In this document: one piece after another, positions 24,323 through 32,033 of the stretch | Layout: each line of letters starts with the position of its first letter | How positions within the stretch are numbered: the first letter of the stretch is position 1 | Assembly (NCBI GenBank): GCA_947473445.1 | Contig: CANJEU010000001.1 | Location: forward strand, 1-32,033 | Length of the DNA stretch: 32,033 bases | Reading direction: 5' to 3' | Origin: Fidelibacterota bacterium | GTDB lineage: Bacteria; Pseudomonadota; Alphaproteobacteria; Rhodospirillales; Rhodospirillaceae | Translations under genes and position numbers: made by a program | The notes under the pieces: generated by a model | What the model was told of the DNA's origin: nothing | Seen by the model: the letters and a program-made list of their open reading frames with translations, nothing else | Database searches by the model: none

Positions 24323-25444
24323 CTATTCGCGCGAAGCCGCCGTCGTCGGCGTCACCGCGCCATCGGTTGCCGCGACCTGCTGCGGCGGATGGGTGATATA
24401 GGTCTGGCGGAACTTGAGTTCCGTCGTGCCCGAGATGGCCATGTTCTGACCGGTCACTGGATCGGGCTTCGCATCGGCGAGGCGGCGCATCGCGCGATAA
24501 AGCGAAGGCGCGGAAACCTGACCGTAGCTCAGGTGATGGGTGCTCCAGCTGATCACGAGGCGCTTTACCCACGCGTCAACGTCGGTATAGCCGGCCATGA
24601 TGCCGTCGGCCCCATCGGGACGCAGCTTCAGGCGGAAGCGCACATCCTGCATCGGCAGGATAGTCGAGGTATCGAAGGTCATCGAATAGGGGATGATCAG
24701 GTCGTGGGCGTCAGTGGTCAGAACGCCATCGACGATCTTGCCCTTGAAGGTCTGGATGAACTGCTTGCCCCAGCGCATATCGACACGCTGCGTGCTGCCG
24801 GCCACATAAGCGCTGCCCGACGCATCGCCCATCAGTTCGTCGAGACCGCGATAGGTCGTGAGCGTCACATCCGGATCGTTGACGAGATCATCGACCTCGG
24901 TGATTTCCAGCAACATGCGGTTTTGGTTATAGCGGCGCATGTATTCATTTTCGAAATGCATCTGCGCGCCGTCCGGACCACGCCAGCCGGCGATGCAGCC
25001 CAGCGCGCGGTGCATCTGATTGTCGATGCCCTTCACGCCGTCGGGGCTGGTGAAATCGTTGGCGTCGACTTTGCCGTCGAGGTCCATGCCGTCGGCGATC
25101 TTGCCGCCGGCTTCACGGAAGACGAATTGCTCTTCGGTGTTTTGCGGATGCCAGATTTGGCCTTCGCGCTCGAGCTGGCTTTCGGCCAGCAACGGCTTCT
25201 TCGGACCGTCGGTCGGATAGAGCACCGCGAACTGCTCGCGGTTGCCATCGTTGAGTCCGTTCGGACATTCGAGCTTGCCGTCGGGGGATTGCGTGACCGA
25301 CCATTTGCGGTTGATGAGCACGTAGCCGATCGTGCGGTCGCGAAGACCCGGCTCGCTTTTGGACACGGTCTGCGCCGCGCCCGTCGTGGTTACGAGGCCA
25401 ACGGCAATCGCAGCGGCGGCCACACCTGAGGTGAGACGCTTCAT
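24323..25444 (-). CDS. Exported protein of unknown function (373 aa)
   Basis: Tracked ORF extends to 25531. ATG 25444 has a strong SD (gggaggattttgtgATG) and yields the Sec signal MKRLTSGVAAAAIAVGLVTTTGAAQ|T. No family recognised. Confidence 0.75.
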   Translation of the reverse strand: MKRLTSGVAAAAIAVGLVTTTGAAQTVSKSEPGLRDRTIGYVLINRKWSVTQSPDGKLECPNGLNDGNREQFAVLYPTDGPKKPLLAESQLEREGQIWHPQNTEEQFVFREAGGKIADGMDLDGKVDANDFTSPDGVKGIDNQMHRALGCIAGWRGPDGAQMHFENEYMRRYNQNRMLLEITEVDDLVNDPDVTLTTYRGLDELMGDASGSAYVAGSTQRVDMRWGKQFIQTFKGKIVDGVLTTDAHDLIIPYSMTFDTSTILPMQDVRFRLKLRPDGADGIMAGYTDVDAWVKRLVISWSTHHLSYGQVSAPSLYRAMRRLADAKPDPVTGQNMAISGTTELKFRQTYITHPPQQVAATDGAVTPTTAASRE

Positions 25445-25611
25445 CACAAAATCCTCCCTATCGCTGCCGCCGGAGCGGCATCTCCTATCACCAGTATATA
25501 TGAGAAGGCCCGCGAGCGGGAGCCACCACAAATCCCACCGCGGCCCTCTAAGCTATTGATAAATATAAGTTCTACCTACGCGACCGTCCGGACGGACATT
25601 TATTTCAGGTC

Positions 25612-27651
25612 TCAATTGGCGCTCGCCGCCGCGCGCAGCGTCTTCGAAACGGGCCACCACTTCCCGAAAGCGCCCTTCCCAAATCGCTCAACCGTCTTGA
25701 GCACGTTTGGAAGGCCGAGCGCGCGGGCGTAGCACATCGGGCCGCCGCGATGACGGGGGAAGCCGTAGCCGTTCACATAGACCACATCGATATCGTCGAT
25801 GCTGCGCGCGATGCCTTCTTCGACGATGGCATAACCTTCGTTGACCAGCGCCAGCATGGTGCGCTCGACGATCTCGCTGTCGGTGATCGCACGCGGCGTC
25901 GTGCTCGCATTGGCGCGCGCTTCTTCGATGAAGGCGAGCGCCGCGGGGTTGGGGGCTTTTGCGCCGGCGGTATAGGTGTAGAAGCCCGAACCCGACTTCT
26001 GACCGAGGTGCCCCGCTTCGACCAGCTTGTCGTGAACAATGGTCGCCATGGGTTCGAAGCTGCCGGGTTTTGCCTCTTTCCGGGCCTTGTAGCCGATATC
26101 GATGCCGGAGAGATCGGCGACCGCGAAGGGTCCCATGGCCATGCCGAAGGCGGTCAGCGCCCTGTCGACCTGCTCGGGCGTTGCGCCTTCGAGCAAGAGC
26201 AGGCCCGCTTCACGCACATAAGCGCGCAGCATGCGATTGCCGATGAAGCCGGGGCAAACGCCCGCGACCACGGGGATCTTGTTGGTGGCCTTTGCAAGAG
26301 CAAGGGCGGTGACAACCGCGACGGGCCCTGTCTTTTCGGCGCGCACCACTTCCAAGAGCTTCATGATGTTCGCGGGACTGAAGTAGTGGAGACCGATGAC
26401 CGCTTCGGGACGCGAAGTGAACGCCGCGATCTCATTGATGTCGAGGTAGGAGGTGTTAGTCGCAATGATGGCGCCGGGCTTGGCGACCGCATCGATCTGC
26501 TGAACGACCGCCTTCTTCACCTCCATCGATTCGAAGACCGCTTCGATGATCAGGTCGCAATCGCTCAAGGATGCATAATCCGTCGCGCCGCTCACATTTT
26601 CGACGCGCTGATCGCGCTGGGCTTCGGTGATACGCCCCTTTGTCACCGACTCCTGATAGTTCGACTGAATGCGCGCAAGGCCCTTATCCAGCGCCTCGTC
26701 GTTCATCTCCAGCATGCGCACCTTCATGCCGGCGTCGAGATAAGTCATTGCGATGCCGCAGCCCATCGTGCCGGCGCCGATGACGCCCACCGTCTTGATC
26801 TCGGCCGGTTTCACATCGCCGATATCATCCGGCGCCTTCGAGGAACCGCGTTCGGCAAAGAAGATGTGGCGTAGGGCCCTGGCTTCTTCGCTGGCGCGCA
26901 GTTGCAGGAACAACGCCCGTTCCTCCGCAACACCTTCGGCGAACGATTTGCCCGCCGTCGATCTGATGAGGTTGATGGCGGCGCCCGGCGCATAGGCGCC
27001 CTTCGCCTGCTTACGCGTTGCGCCCGCGAGCGCTTCGAACTTCTCAGTATCGAGATGGAACGTGCGTTCCGAGAGGCGGCGGCCTTGGATGGACTGTGAC
27101 GTCGCGATTTTCACCGCCGCGTCCACATGATCTTCGGCAACGGCATCGACAAGGCCTAGCTTCTCGGCCTTTACCGCATCGACCGGTTTTCCCGACGTGA
27201 TCATTTCGGCCGCCGTGATCGGATCGATCAGGCGCGGCAGGCGCTGGGTGCCGCCGGCGCCAGGCACGAGGCCGAGCGTCACTTCCGGAAGGCCGAGTTT
27301 AGCGCCTTTCGCGGCGACGCGATAATGACAGGCGAGCGCAATCTCCAGTCCGCCACCGAGCGCTTGTCCATGGATCGCCGCGACAATCGGTTTGTCTGAA
27401 TTTTCAATAGCGTTGGTGACATCGGGCAGGAACGGCGCGGTCGGCGGCGCGCCGAATTCCTTCACGTCCGCCCCGGCGATGAACGTGCGCCCCCTACATG
27501 TAATCACGATGCCCTTGACCGTCGCGTCCGACGCCGCATCGGTCACGCCCGACAGAAGCGCCGCGCGTACGTCCTGCGAAAGGGCATTCACGGGCGGATT
27601 GTCGATCCATAGGATCAGGCAGCCTTCGCGGTTTTCGCGCGTAACAGTCAT
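25612..27651 (-). CDS. Fused enoyl-CoA hydratase / 3-hydroxyacyl-CoA dehydrogenase (FadB/FadJ-like), last gene of the paa operon
   Basis: N-terminal crotonase fold (WIDNPPVNALS, FIAGADVKEF, AAIHGQALGGGLEIALACHYR). Rossmann motif VGVIGAGTMGCGIA and 3HCDH C-terminal domains. The tracked ORF starts at TTG 27669; ATG 27651 has SD ggag + 6 nt. Confidence 0.9.
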   Translation of the reverse strand: MTVTRENREGCLILWIDNPPVNALSQDVRAALLSGVTDAASDATVKGIVITCRGRTFIAGADVKEFGAPPTAPFLPDVTNAIENSDKPIVAAIHGQALGGGLEIALACHYRVAAKGAKLGLPEVTLGLVPGAGGTQRLPRLIDPITAAEMITSGKPVDAVKAEKLGLVDAVAEDHVDAAVKIATSQSIQGRRLSERTFHLDTEKFEALAGATRKQAKGAYAPGAAINLIRSTAGKSFAEGVAEERALFLQLRASEEARALRHIFFAERGSSKAPDDIGDVKPAEIKTVGVIGAGTMGCGIAMTYLDAGMKVRMLEMNDEALDKGLARIQSNYQESVTKGRITEAQRDQRVENVSGATDYASLSDCDLIIEAVFESMEVKKAVVQQIDAVAKPGAIIATNTSYLDINEIAAFTSRPEAVIGLHYFSPANIMKLLEVVRAEKTGPVAVVTALALAKATNKIPVVAGVCPGFIGNRMLRAYVREAGLLLLEGATPEQVDRALTAFGMAMGPFAVADLSGIDIGYKARKEAKPGSFEPMATIVHDKLVEAGHLGQKSGSGFYTYTAGAKAPNPAALAFIEEARANASTTPRAITDSEIVERTMLALVNEGYAIVEEGIARSIDDIDVVYVNGYGFPRHRGGPMCYARALGLPNVLKTVERFGKGAFGKWWPVSKTLRAAASAN

Positions 27652-27681
27652 GGGAAACTCCAAACTCAAATTTTGGCCAAC

Positions 27682-28974
27682 TTAGATTTTAGGGCGGCGG
27701 TCGATGACGCGCTTGGCCTTGCCTTGCGAACGATCAAGCGAGCCGGGGGTTTTTAGATCGACGGCGATGCTGATGCCAATAATGTCTTTCACCCGCGCGA
27801 CCAATGCGGCGGCGTCTGCGGCGCAATCGGCGTCGCCTGCGTCTGGACGGCGCTCGACGAGAACCGTCACTTCATCGGTACGGGCGGGCCGTGACACATC
27901 GATGACGTAATGGGGCGAGAGTCGCGTGCATTTCAGCAACTGCTCTTCGATCTGGCTGGGAAATACGTTGACCCCGCGAATGATCAGCATGTCGTCGCTG
28001 CGCGCCTTTATCCGCGCCATGCGCCGCATGGCACGGCCCTGCCCGGGCAGCAGGCGCGTCAGATCGCGGGTGCGATAGCGGATGACCGGCATCGCTTCTT
28101 TTGTGAGTGAGGTTAAGATCAGCTCACCCTCCTCACCATCAGGCAATAGGGCGCCGGTCTCGGGATCGACGATTTCAGGATAGAAGTGGTCTTCCCAGAT
28201 GGTGGGGCCGTCCTTGGTGTCGGCATATTCCTGCGCGACGCCCGGCCCCATGACTTCCGAGAGGCCGTAAATATCCACCGCGGTAATGTCGAACGCCTCT
28301 TCGATCTCACGCCGCATGCCTTCGCCCCAAGGTTCGGCTCCGAAAATTCCGATCCTCAGGGACGAGCTGCGCGGGTCGATGCCCTGACGACGAAACTCAT
28401 CGAGGATCGCGAGCATATAGCTCGGCGTCACCATGATGATCTCCGGCGCGAAGTCGGTGATGAGCTGGACCTGGCGTTCCGTCTGCCCGCCGGACATAGG
28501 GATCACGGCGCAGCCCAGGCGCTCGGCGCCGTAGTGCGCACCGAGGCCGCCGGTGAACAAGCCGTAGCCGTAGGCGATATGGACCTTCATCCCCCGGCGC
28601 CCGCCGGCGGCATGAATGGAACGGGCCATAAGATCGGCCCAGGTGTCGATGTCGCCCTGGGTATATCCGACGACCGTTGGTTTGCCCGTTGTGCCCGACG
28701 ACGCGTGGATGCGCACGAGGTCGGTCTGCGGAACGGCCAGGAACCCAAAAGGATAGGCCGCGCGTAAATCGGCTTTGCTGGTGAAGGGAAACTTCGCGAG
28801 ATCCTCAAGCGAGGAGATGCTTGCCGGCGACACGCCCGCGGCGTCGAATTTGGCGCGATATGCGGGATTGCCAGCCACCGCGCGGGCGATTGTCTCTTTC
28901 AGGCGTTCAAGCTGCAGCGCGCGCAGCTGAAGGATGGAAAGTGTGGGATCCATTGTCACCGCAATCGATCCCAC
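27682..28974 (-). CDS. paaK: Phenylacetate-CoA ligase
   Basis: 430 aa, near-collinear with E. coli PaaK as I remember it: RIHASSGTTGKPTVVGYTQGDIDTWADLMARS, YGYGLFTGGLGAHYGAERLG, VIPMSGGQTERQ, DIYGLSEVMGPGVA, GPTIWEDHFYPEIVDP, VIRYRTRDLTRLLPG, SDDMLIIRGVNVFPSQIEE. Alternative start ATG 28953. Confidence 0.95.
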   Translation of the reverse strand: MGSIAVTMDPTLSILQLRALQLERLKETIARAVAGNPAYRAKFDAAGVSPASISSLEDLAKFPFTSKADLRAAYPFGFLAVPQTDLVRIHASSGTTGKPTVVGYTQGDIDTWADLMARSIHAAGGRRGMKVHIAYGYGLFTGGLGAHYGAERLGCAVIPMSGGQTERQVQLITDFAPEIIMVTPSYMLAILDEFRRQGIDPRSSSLRIGIFGAEPWGEGMRREIEEAFDITAVDIYGLSEVMGPGVAQEYADTKDGPTIWEDHFYPEIVDPETGALLPDGEEGELILTSLTKEAMPVIRYRTRDLTRLLPGQGRAMRRMARIKARSDDMLIIRGVNVFPSQIEEQLLKCTRLSPHYVIDVSRPARTDEVTVLVERRPDAGDADCAADAAALVARVKDIIGISIAVDLKTPGSLDRSQGKAKRVIDRRPKI

Positions 28975-28980
28975 CTGCCC

Positions 28981-31011
28981 TTACACAGCATTCATGGTCA
29001 GGAGGTCGTAGGTCGCGACCAGTTCGTCGGCCTGGTTGTAGACCTGCACGAACCAGCGCACTTCGCCGTATTCTTCCTTGCGCGTGGTCTTGGACTTCAC
29101 GGTCAGCGTGACGTGGATGCTTTCACCGGCGGCCACCGGTTTGACGAAGCGCAAGTTGTCGAGGCCGTAGTTGGCAAGCACAGGACCCGGCGCCGGGTCG
29201 ACGAACAGACCCGCGGCGAAGGACAGCAGAAGGTATCCGTGCGCAACACGGCCCGGGAAGAAAGGATTGGCCTTCGCGGCCTCTTCGTCCATGTGAGCGT
29301 AGAACTTGTCGCCGGTGAATTCGGCGAAGTGTTCGATATCCGCGATGGTGATTTCGCGCGCCGGCGTCGTGACGGTGTAACCCGGCTCCAGCTCGCCGAA
29401 CTTCAGGCGGAACGGATGGCGCGTCGCGGGTGTTTGCGCAGCGCCCGGCAGATAGGTGCCGACAACGCCGGCGAGCAGTGTCGGGCTGCCCTGCAGCGCG
29501 GTACGCTGCATATAATGTTTGATGCCGCGCATGCCGCCCATTTCTTCGCCGCCGCCGGCGCGGCCAGGGCCGCCGTGCACAAGCACCGGCAGCGGTGAAC
29601 CGTGACCGGTGGATTCCTTGGCGCAATCGCGATCGATGAACACCATGCGGCCGTGATATGCGCCCGCGCCCAGCACCGCTTCCTGCGCAATTTCCGCATC
29701 GTGCGTGAATACCGAGATCGCCAGCGAGCCCATGCCGCGATTGGCGAGCGCGATGGCGTCATCGAAATCCTTGTACGGCATCAAAGTCGACACCGGACCG
29801 AAGGCTTCCACGTCATGCACGGCGCTTGCCGTCCACGGATCGTCGGTGCGCAACAGGATGGGGGACATGAACGCGCCGTTCGCGGTGTTCTCGCCTTGAA
29901 CCTTGACGCTGTTCGGATCGCCGTAGACGATCTTGGCGACCTGCGCGAGTTCAGCCACTTTCGCGCGCACGTCCTTCAGCTGATCCTGGCTGGCAAGTGC
30001 GCCCATGCGCACGCCTTCAAGGCGCGGATCGCCGATGACGGTCTTGTCGAGGCGCGCGGAGATCGCTTTCTGCACCTCGTCCATCAAGTTCGCGGGCACC
30101 ATGGCGCGGCGGATGGCCGTGCACTTCTGGCCGGCCTTCACGGTCATTTCCTTGACGACTTCTTTCACGAACAAATCGAATTCCGGGGTATCGGGCTTCG
30201 CGTCGGGGCCAAGGATCGAGGCGTTGAGTGAATCACGCTCGGCGACGAAGCGCACGGACTCGCGCGCCACCACCGGATGGGCCTGAAGTTTCATGGACGT
30301 GCGCGCGGACCCGGTGAAGGAAATCGCATCCTGGCAGGTCAGGTGATCGAGCAGGTCGCCGGCCGAGCCCGCGATGAACTGGATCGCACCTTCGGGCAGC
30401 ACCTTTGAATCAATCATGATGCGGAAAGCCGCTTCGGCGAGATAGGCGGTGGAGGAGCCCGGCTTGACGATGCAGGGCACGCCGGCCAGCAGCGTCGGCG
30501 CCAGCTTCTCTAGCATGCCCCACACGGGGAAATTGAAGGCGTTGATATGCACGGCCACCCCCTGCAGCGAGGTGTAAACGTGCTGGCCGACGAAGGTGCC
30601 GGTCTTGCCGAGCACTTCGAGATCGCCGTCCATCAGGATGCGCTTGTTGGGAAGTTCGCGGCGGCCCTTCGAGCTGAAGCTGAACAGCGTGCCGGCGCCG
30701 CCCTCGATATCGATCCAGCTATCGGTGCGCGTTGCGCCCGAGGAGTAGGAAAGCTCGTACAGTTCTTCCTTGCGCGCCATGATGGCCGTTGCCAGCGCCT
30801 TCAGCGCAAAGGCGCGTTCATGGAACGTCATCTTGCGCAGCGCCGGGCCGCCGACTTTGCGCGCATGTTCGGCCATCTTCTTGAAATCGATGCCGTCCGA
30901 GCCGGTCTCGGCGATCTGCTGGCCGTTCACGGCCGAGAAGATGGGGGCGAGCTTGCCCTCGCCCGAAATCCACTTATTCGCGGCATAATTCTGAAGACGG
31001 ATCATCGACAT
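28981..31011 (-). CDS. paaZ: Bifunctional oxepin-CoA hydrolase / 3-oxo-5,6-dehydrosuberyl-CoA semialdehyde dehydrogenase
   Basis: 676 aa. N-terminal ALDH domain (GVAVHINAFNFPVWGMLEKLAP, TKAGQKCTAIRR, HGSPLPVLVHGGPGRAGGGEEMGG). C-terminal MaoC hot-dog (GDKFYAHMDEEAAKANPFFPGRVAHGY). Collinear with E. coli PaaZ. Confidence 0.95.
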   Translation of the reverse strand: MSMIRLQNYAANKWISGEGKLAPIFSAVNGQQIAETGSDGIDFKKMAEHARKVGGPALRKMTFHERAFALKALATAIMARKEELYELSYSSGATRTDSWIDIEGGAGTLFSFSSKGRRELPNKRILMDGDLEVLGKTGTFVGQHVYTSLQGVAVHINAFNFPVWGMLEKLAPTLLAGVPCIVKPGSSTAYLAEAAFRIMIDSKVLPEGAIQFIAGSAGDLLDHLTCQDAISFTGSARTSMKLQAHPVVARESVRFVAERDSLNASILGPDAKPDTPEFDLFVKEVVKEMTVKAGQKCTAIRRAMVPANLMDEVQKAISARLDKTVIGDPRLEGVRMGALASQDQLKDVRAKVAELAQVAKIVYGDPNSVKVQGENTANGAFMSPILLRTDDPWTASAVHDVEAFGPVSTLMPYKDFDDAIALANRGMGSLAISVFTHDAEIAQEAVLGAGAYHGRMVFIDRDCAKESTGHGSPLPVLVHGGPGRAGGGEEMGGMRGIKHYMQRTALQGSPTLLAGVVGTYLPGAAQTPATRHPFRLKFGELEPGYTVTTPAREITIADIEHFAEFTGDKFYAHMDEEAAKANPFFPGRVAHGYLLLSFAAGLFVDPAPGPVLANYGLDNLRFVKPVAAGESIHVTLTVKSKTTRKEEYGEVRWFVQVYNQADELVATYDLLTMNAV

Positions 31012-31068
31012 GCGGTGTGTCCTAACTGGTGTGATTACGCGCGAAACAATGCGCGGCGTTGTAAGGCT

Positions 31069-31860
31069 TTAGGCGCCGGTGAACTTCGGCTTACGCTTTT
31101 CCATGAAAGCGCTGACGCCCTCTAGATAGTCGTGACTGCCGCCCAGTTCACGCATGAGGTCGCGTTCGATATCGAGCTCGGTCGGAAGGTCCTTGAGCCA
31201 CGCGGAACGGATGGCTGCTTTTGTCGCCGCGAGGCCGCGGGTCGGGCCGACGGCGAAACGGGTGGCAATCGCATCGACTTCTTCGGCAAGCTTATCGTCG
31301 TCAACACACTTCCAGATCAGGCCCCACGCCGCGGCGGTTTCAGCCGGGATCGGCTCGCCGGTCAGGGCCATGCCGAGCGCGCGCGCCTGCCCGACGTGTT
31401 TGGCAAGGTGCCAGGTCCCGCCGGAGTCCGGGATTAAACCAATGTTGGCGAAGGATTCGATGAACTTGGCGCTGCGCGCGGCGATGACGATGTCACATGC
31501 GACGGCAATATTGGCGCCCGCGCCGGCGGCAACGCCGTTCACCGCGCAGATCACCGGCATGCGCAAGTTCGCAAGGCGCTTGATGAGCGGGCCATAATAG
31601 GTTTCCACCGAATGCCCGAGATCGACCGGCGCCGCGCCTGGCGCAACCGCGCGGTCGTTAAGATCCTGGCCCGCGCAGAAACCGCGGCCCGCACCCGTGA
31701 GCACGAGCACGCGAACATCCTTGTTGGTCTCGACTTCCGTCAGGGCCGCCGCGACTTCCTTGTGCATCTGCACGGTGAAGCTGTTGAGGCGGTCGGGGCG
31801 ATTGAGAGTCAGGCGGGCGAGGCCATCCTTGATCTCGAAAATGATGGTCTCGTTCTGCAT
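31069..31860 (-). CDS. paaG: 1,2-epoxyphenylacetyl-CoA isomerase (crotonase family)
   Basis: 263 aa. LTLNRPDRLNSF, LTGAGRGFCAGQDLNDR, VICAVNGVAAGAGANIA, DYLEGVSAFMEKRKPKFTGA closely follow E. coli PaaG. SD gggagaacgcgcATG. First gene of the operon in this window. Confidence 0.9.
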   Translation of the reverse strand: MQNETIIFEIKDGLARLTLNRPDRLNSFTVQMHKEVAAALTEVETNKDVRVLVLTGAGRGFCAGQDLNDRAVAPGAAPVDLGHSVETYYGPLIKRLANLRMPVICAVNGVAAGAGANIAVACDIVIAARSAKFIESFANIGLIPDSGGTWHLAKHVGQARALGMALTGEPIPAETAAAWGLIWKCVDDDKLAEEVDAIATRFAVGPTRGLAATKAAIRSAWLKDLPTELDIERDLMRELGGSHDYLEGVSAFMEKRKPKFTGA

Positions 31861-32033
31861 GCGCGTTCTCCCAAATTAATTCGCAGAATGGCCGGTCGGA
31901 TTATTATTGGCAAGGCGATTTCGTTGGCTTAAATACGCCCTCAGCGCATAGGTTGTCTTCCGTTTTCACATCACAAAAATAGACATGTCTGACAGCCGCA
32001 CACTGGCCCGGCGCATAGCCGACACTATGTTGA

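Noticed and set aside
31878-31921. PaaX-type operator candidate AATTCGC-N30-GCGATTT upstream of paaG
   Set aside because: It is an imperfect 7-bp inverted repeat (6/7) with only loose resemblance to the TGATTC...GAATCA sites. It could easily arise by chance in an AT-richer promoter region.
31985-32033. Start of a divergent + strand ORF (MSDSRTLARRIADTML...), possibly paaI-like
   Set aside because: Only 16 codons are visible and there is no convincing SD. The similarity to the PaaI N-terminus is impressionistic, which is too little to call.
1-32033. Search for tRNA/rRNA genes, CRISPR arrays, IS elements, integrases and toxin-antitoxin pairs
   Set aside because: No cloverleaf-like conserved arms, no regularly spaced repeats, and no transposase, integrase or small paired ORFs were found in any intergenic region.

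Overview
High-GC (about 60-65% by eye), almost fully coding chromosomal segment. The style is TonB-receptor-rich Proteobacteria (Caulobacter, sphingomonad or Xanthomonas type); the taxon cannot be resolved from sequence alone. I support 21 CDS. (1) 1-10601, minus strand: the 5' end of a type II secretion operon (gspC-D-E-F, with gspF running off the left edge). It lies directly behind a TonB-dependent receptor and a large internally duplicated Cys-rich lipoprotein on the same strand. (2) 11026-11957: two small exported proteins sharing a bidirectional terminator. (3) 12191-15070: a visibly lower-GC two-gene cassette bounded by a perfect 10-bp direct repeat. It holds an HNH_2-type nuclease-like protein whose catalytic His is replaced by Cys, convergent with an EAL-CBS-GGDEF protein carrying a GGDDF motif. 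The two stop codons overlap. (4) 15168-19407: Tat-exported PhoD phosphatase plus a second TonB-dependent receptor. (5) 19476-25444: a Tat-exported 596-aa orphan, quinone oxidoreductase, MhpD-family hydratase, SDR, and a 373-aa exported orphan. (6) 25612-31860: a tight phenylacetate-catabolism operon (paaG-paaZ-paaK plus a fused hydratase/dehydrogenase). I saw no rRNA, tRNA, CRISPR array, transposase or integrase. Most long ORFs on the opposite strand of these genes are high-GC antisense shadows. The best candidates for something undescribed are the low-GC HNH(Cys)/EAL-CBS-GGDDF cassette and the duplicated lipoprotein-TBDR-T2SS arrangement. All functional calls rest on my reading of motifs in the translations, not on database searches.
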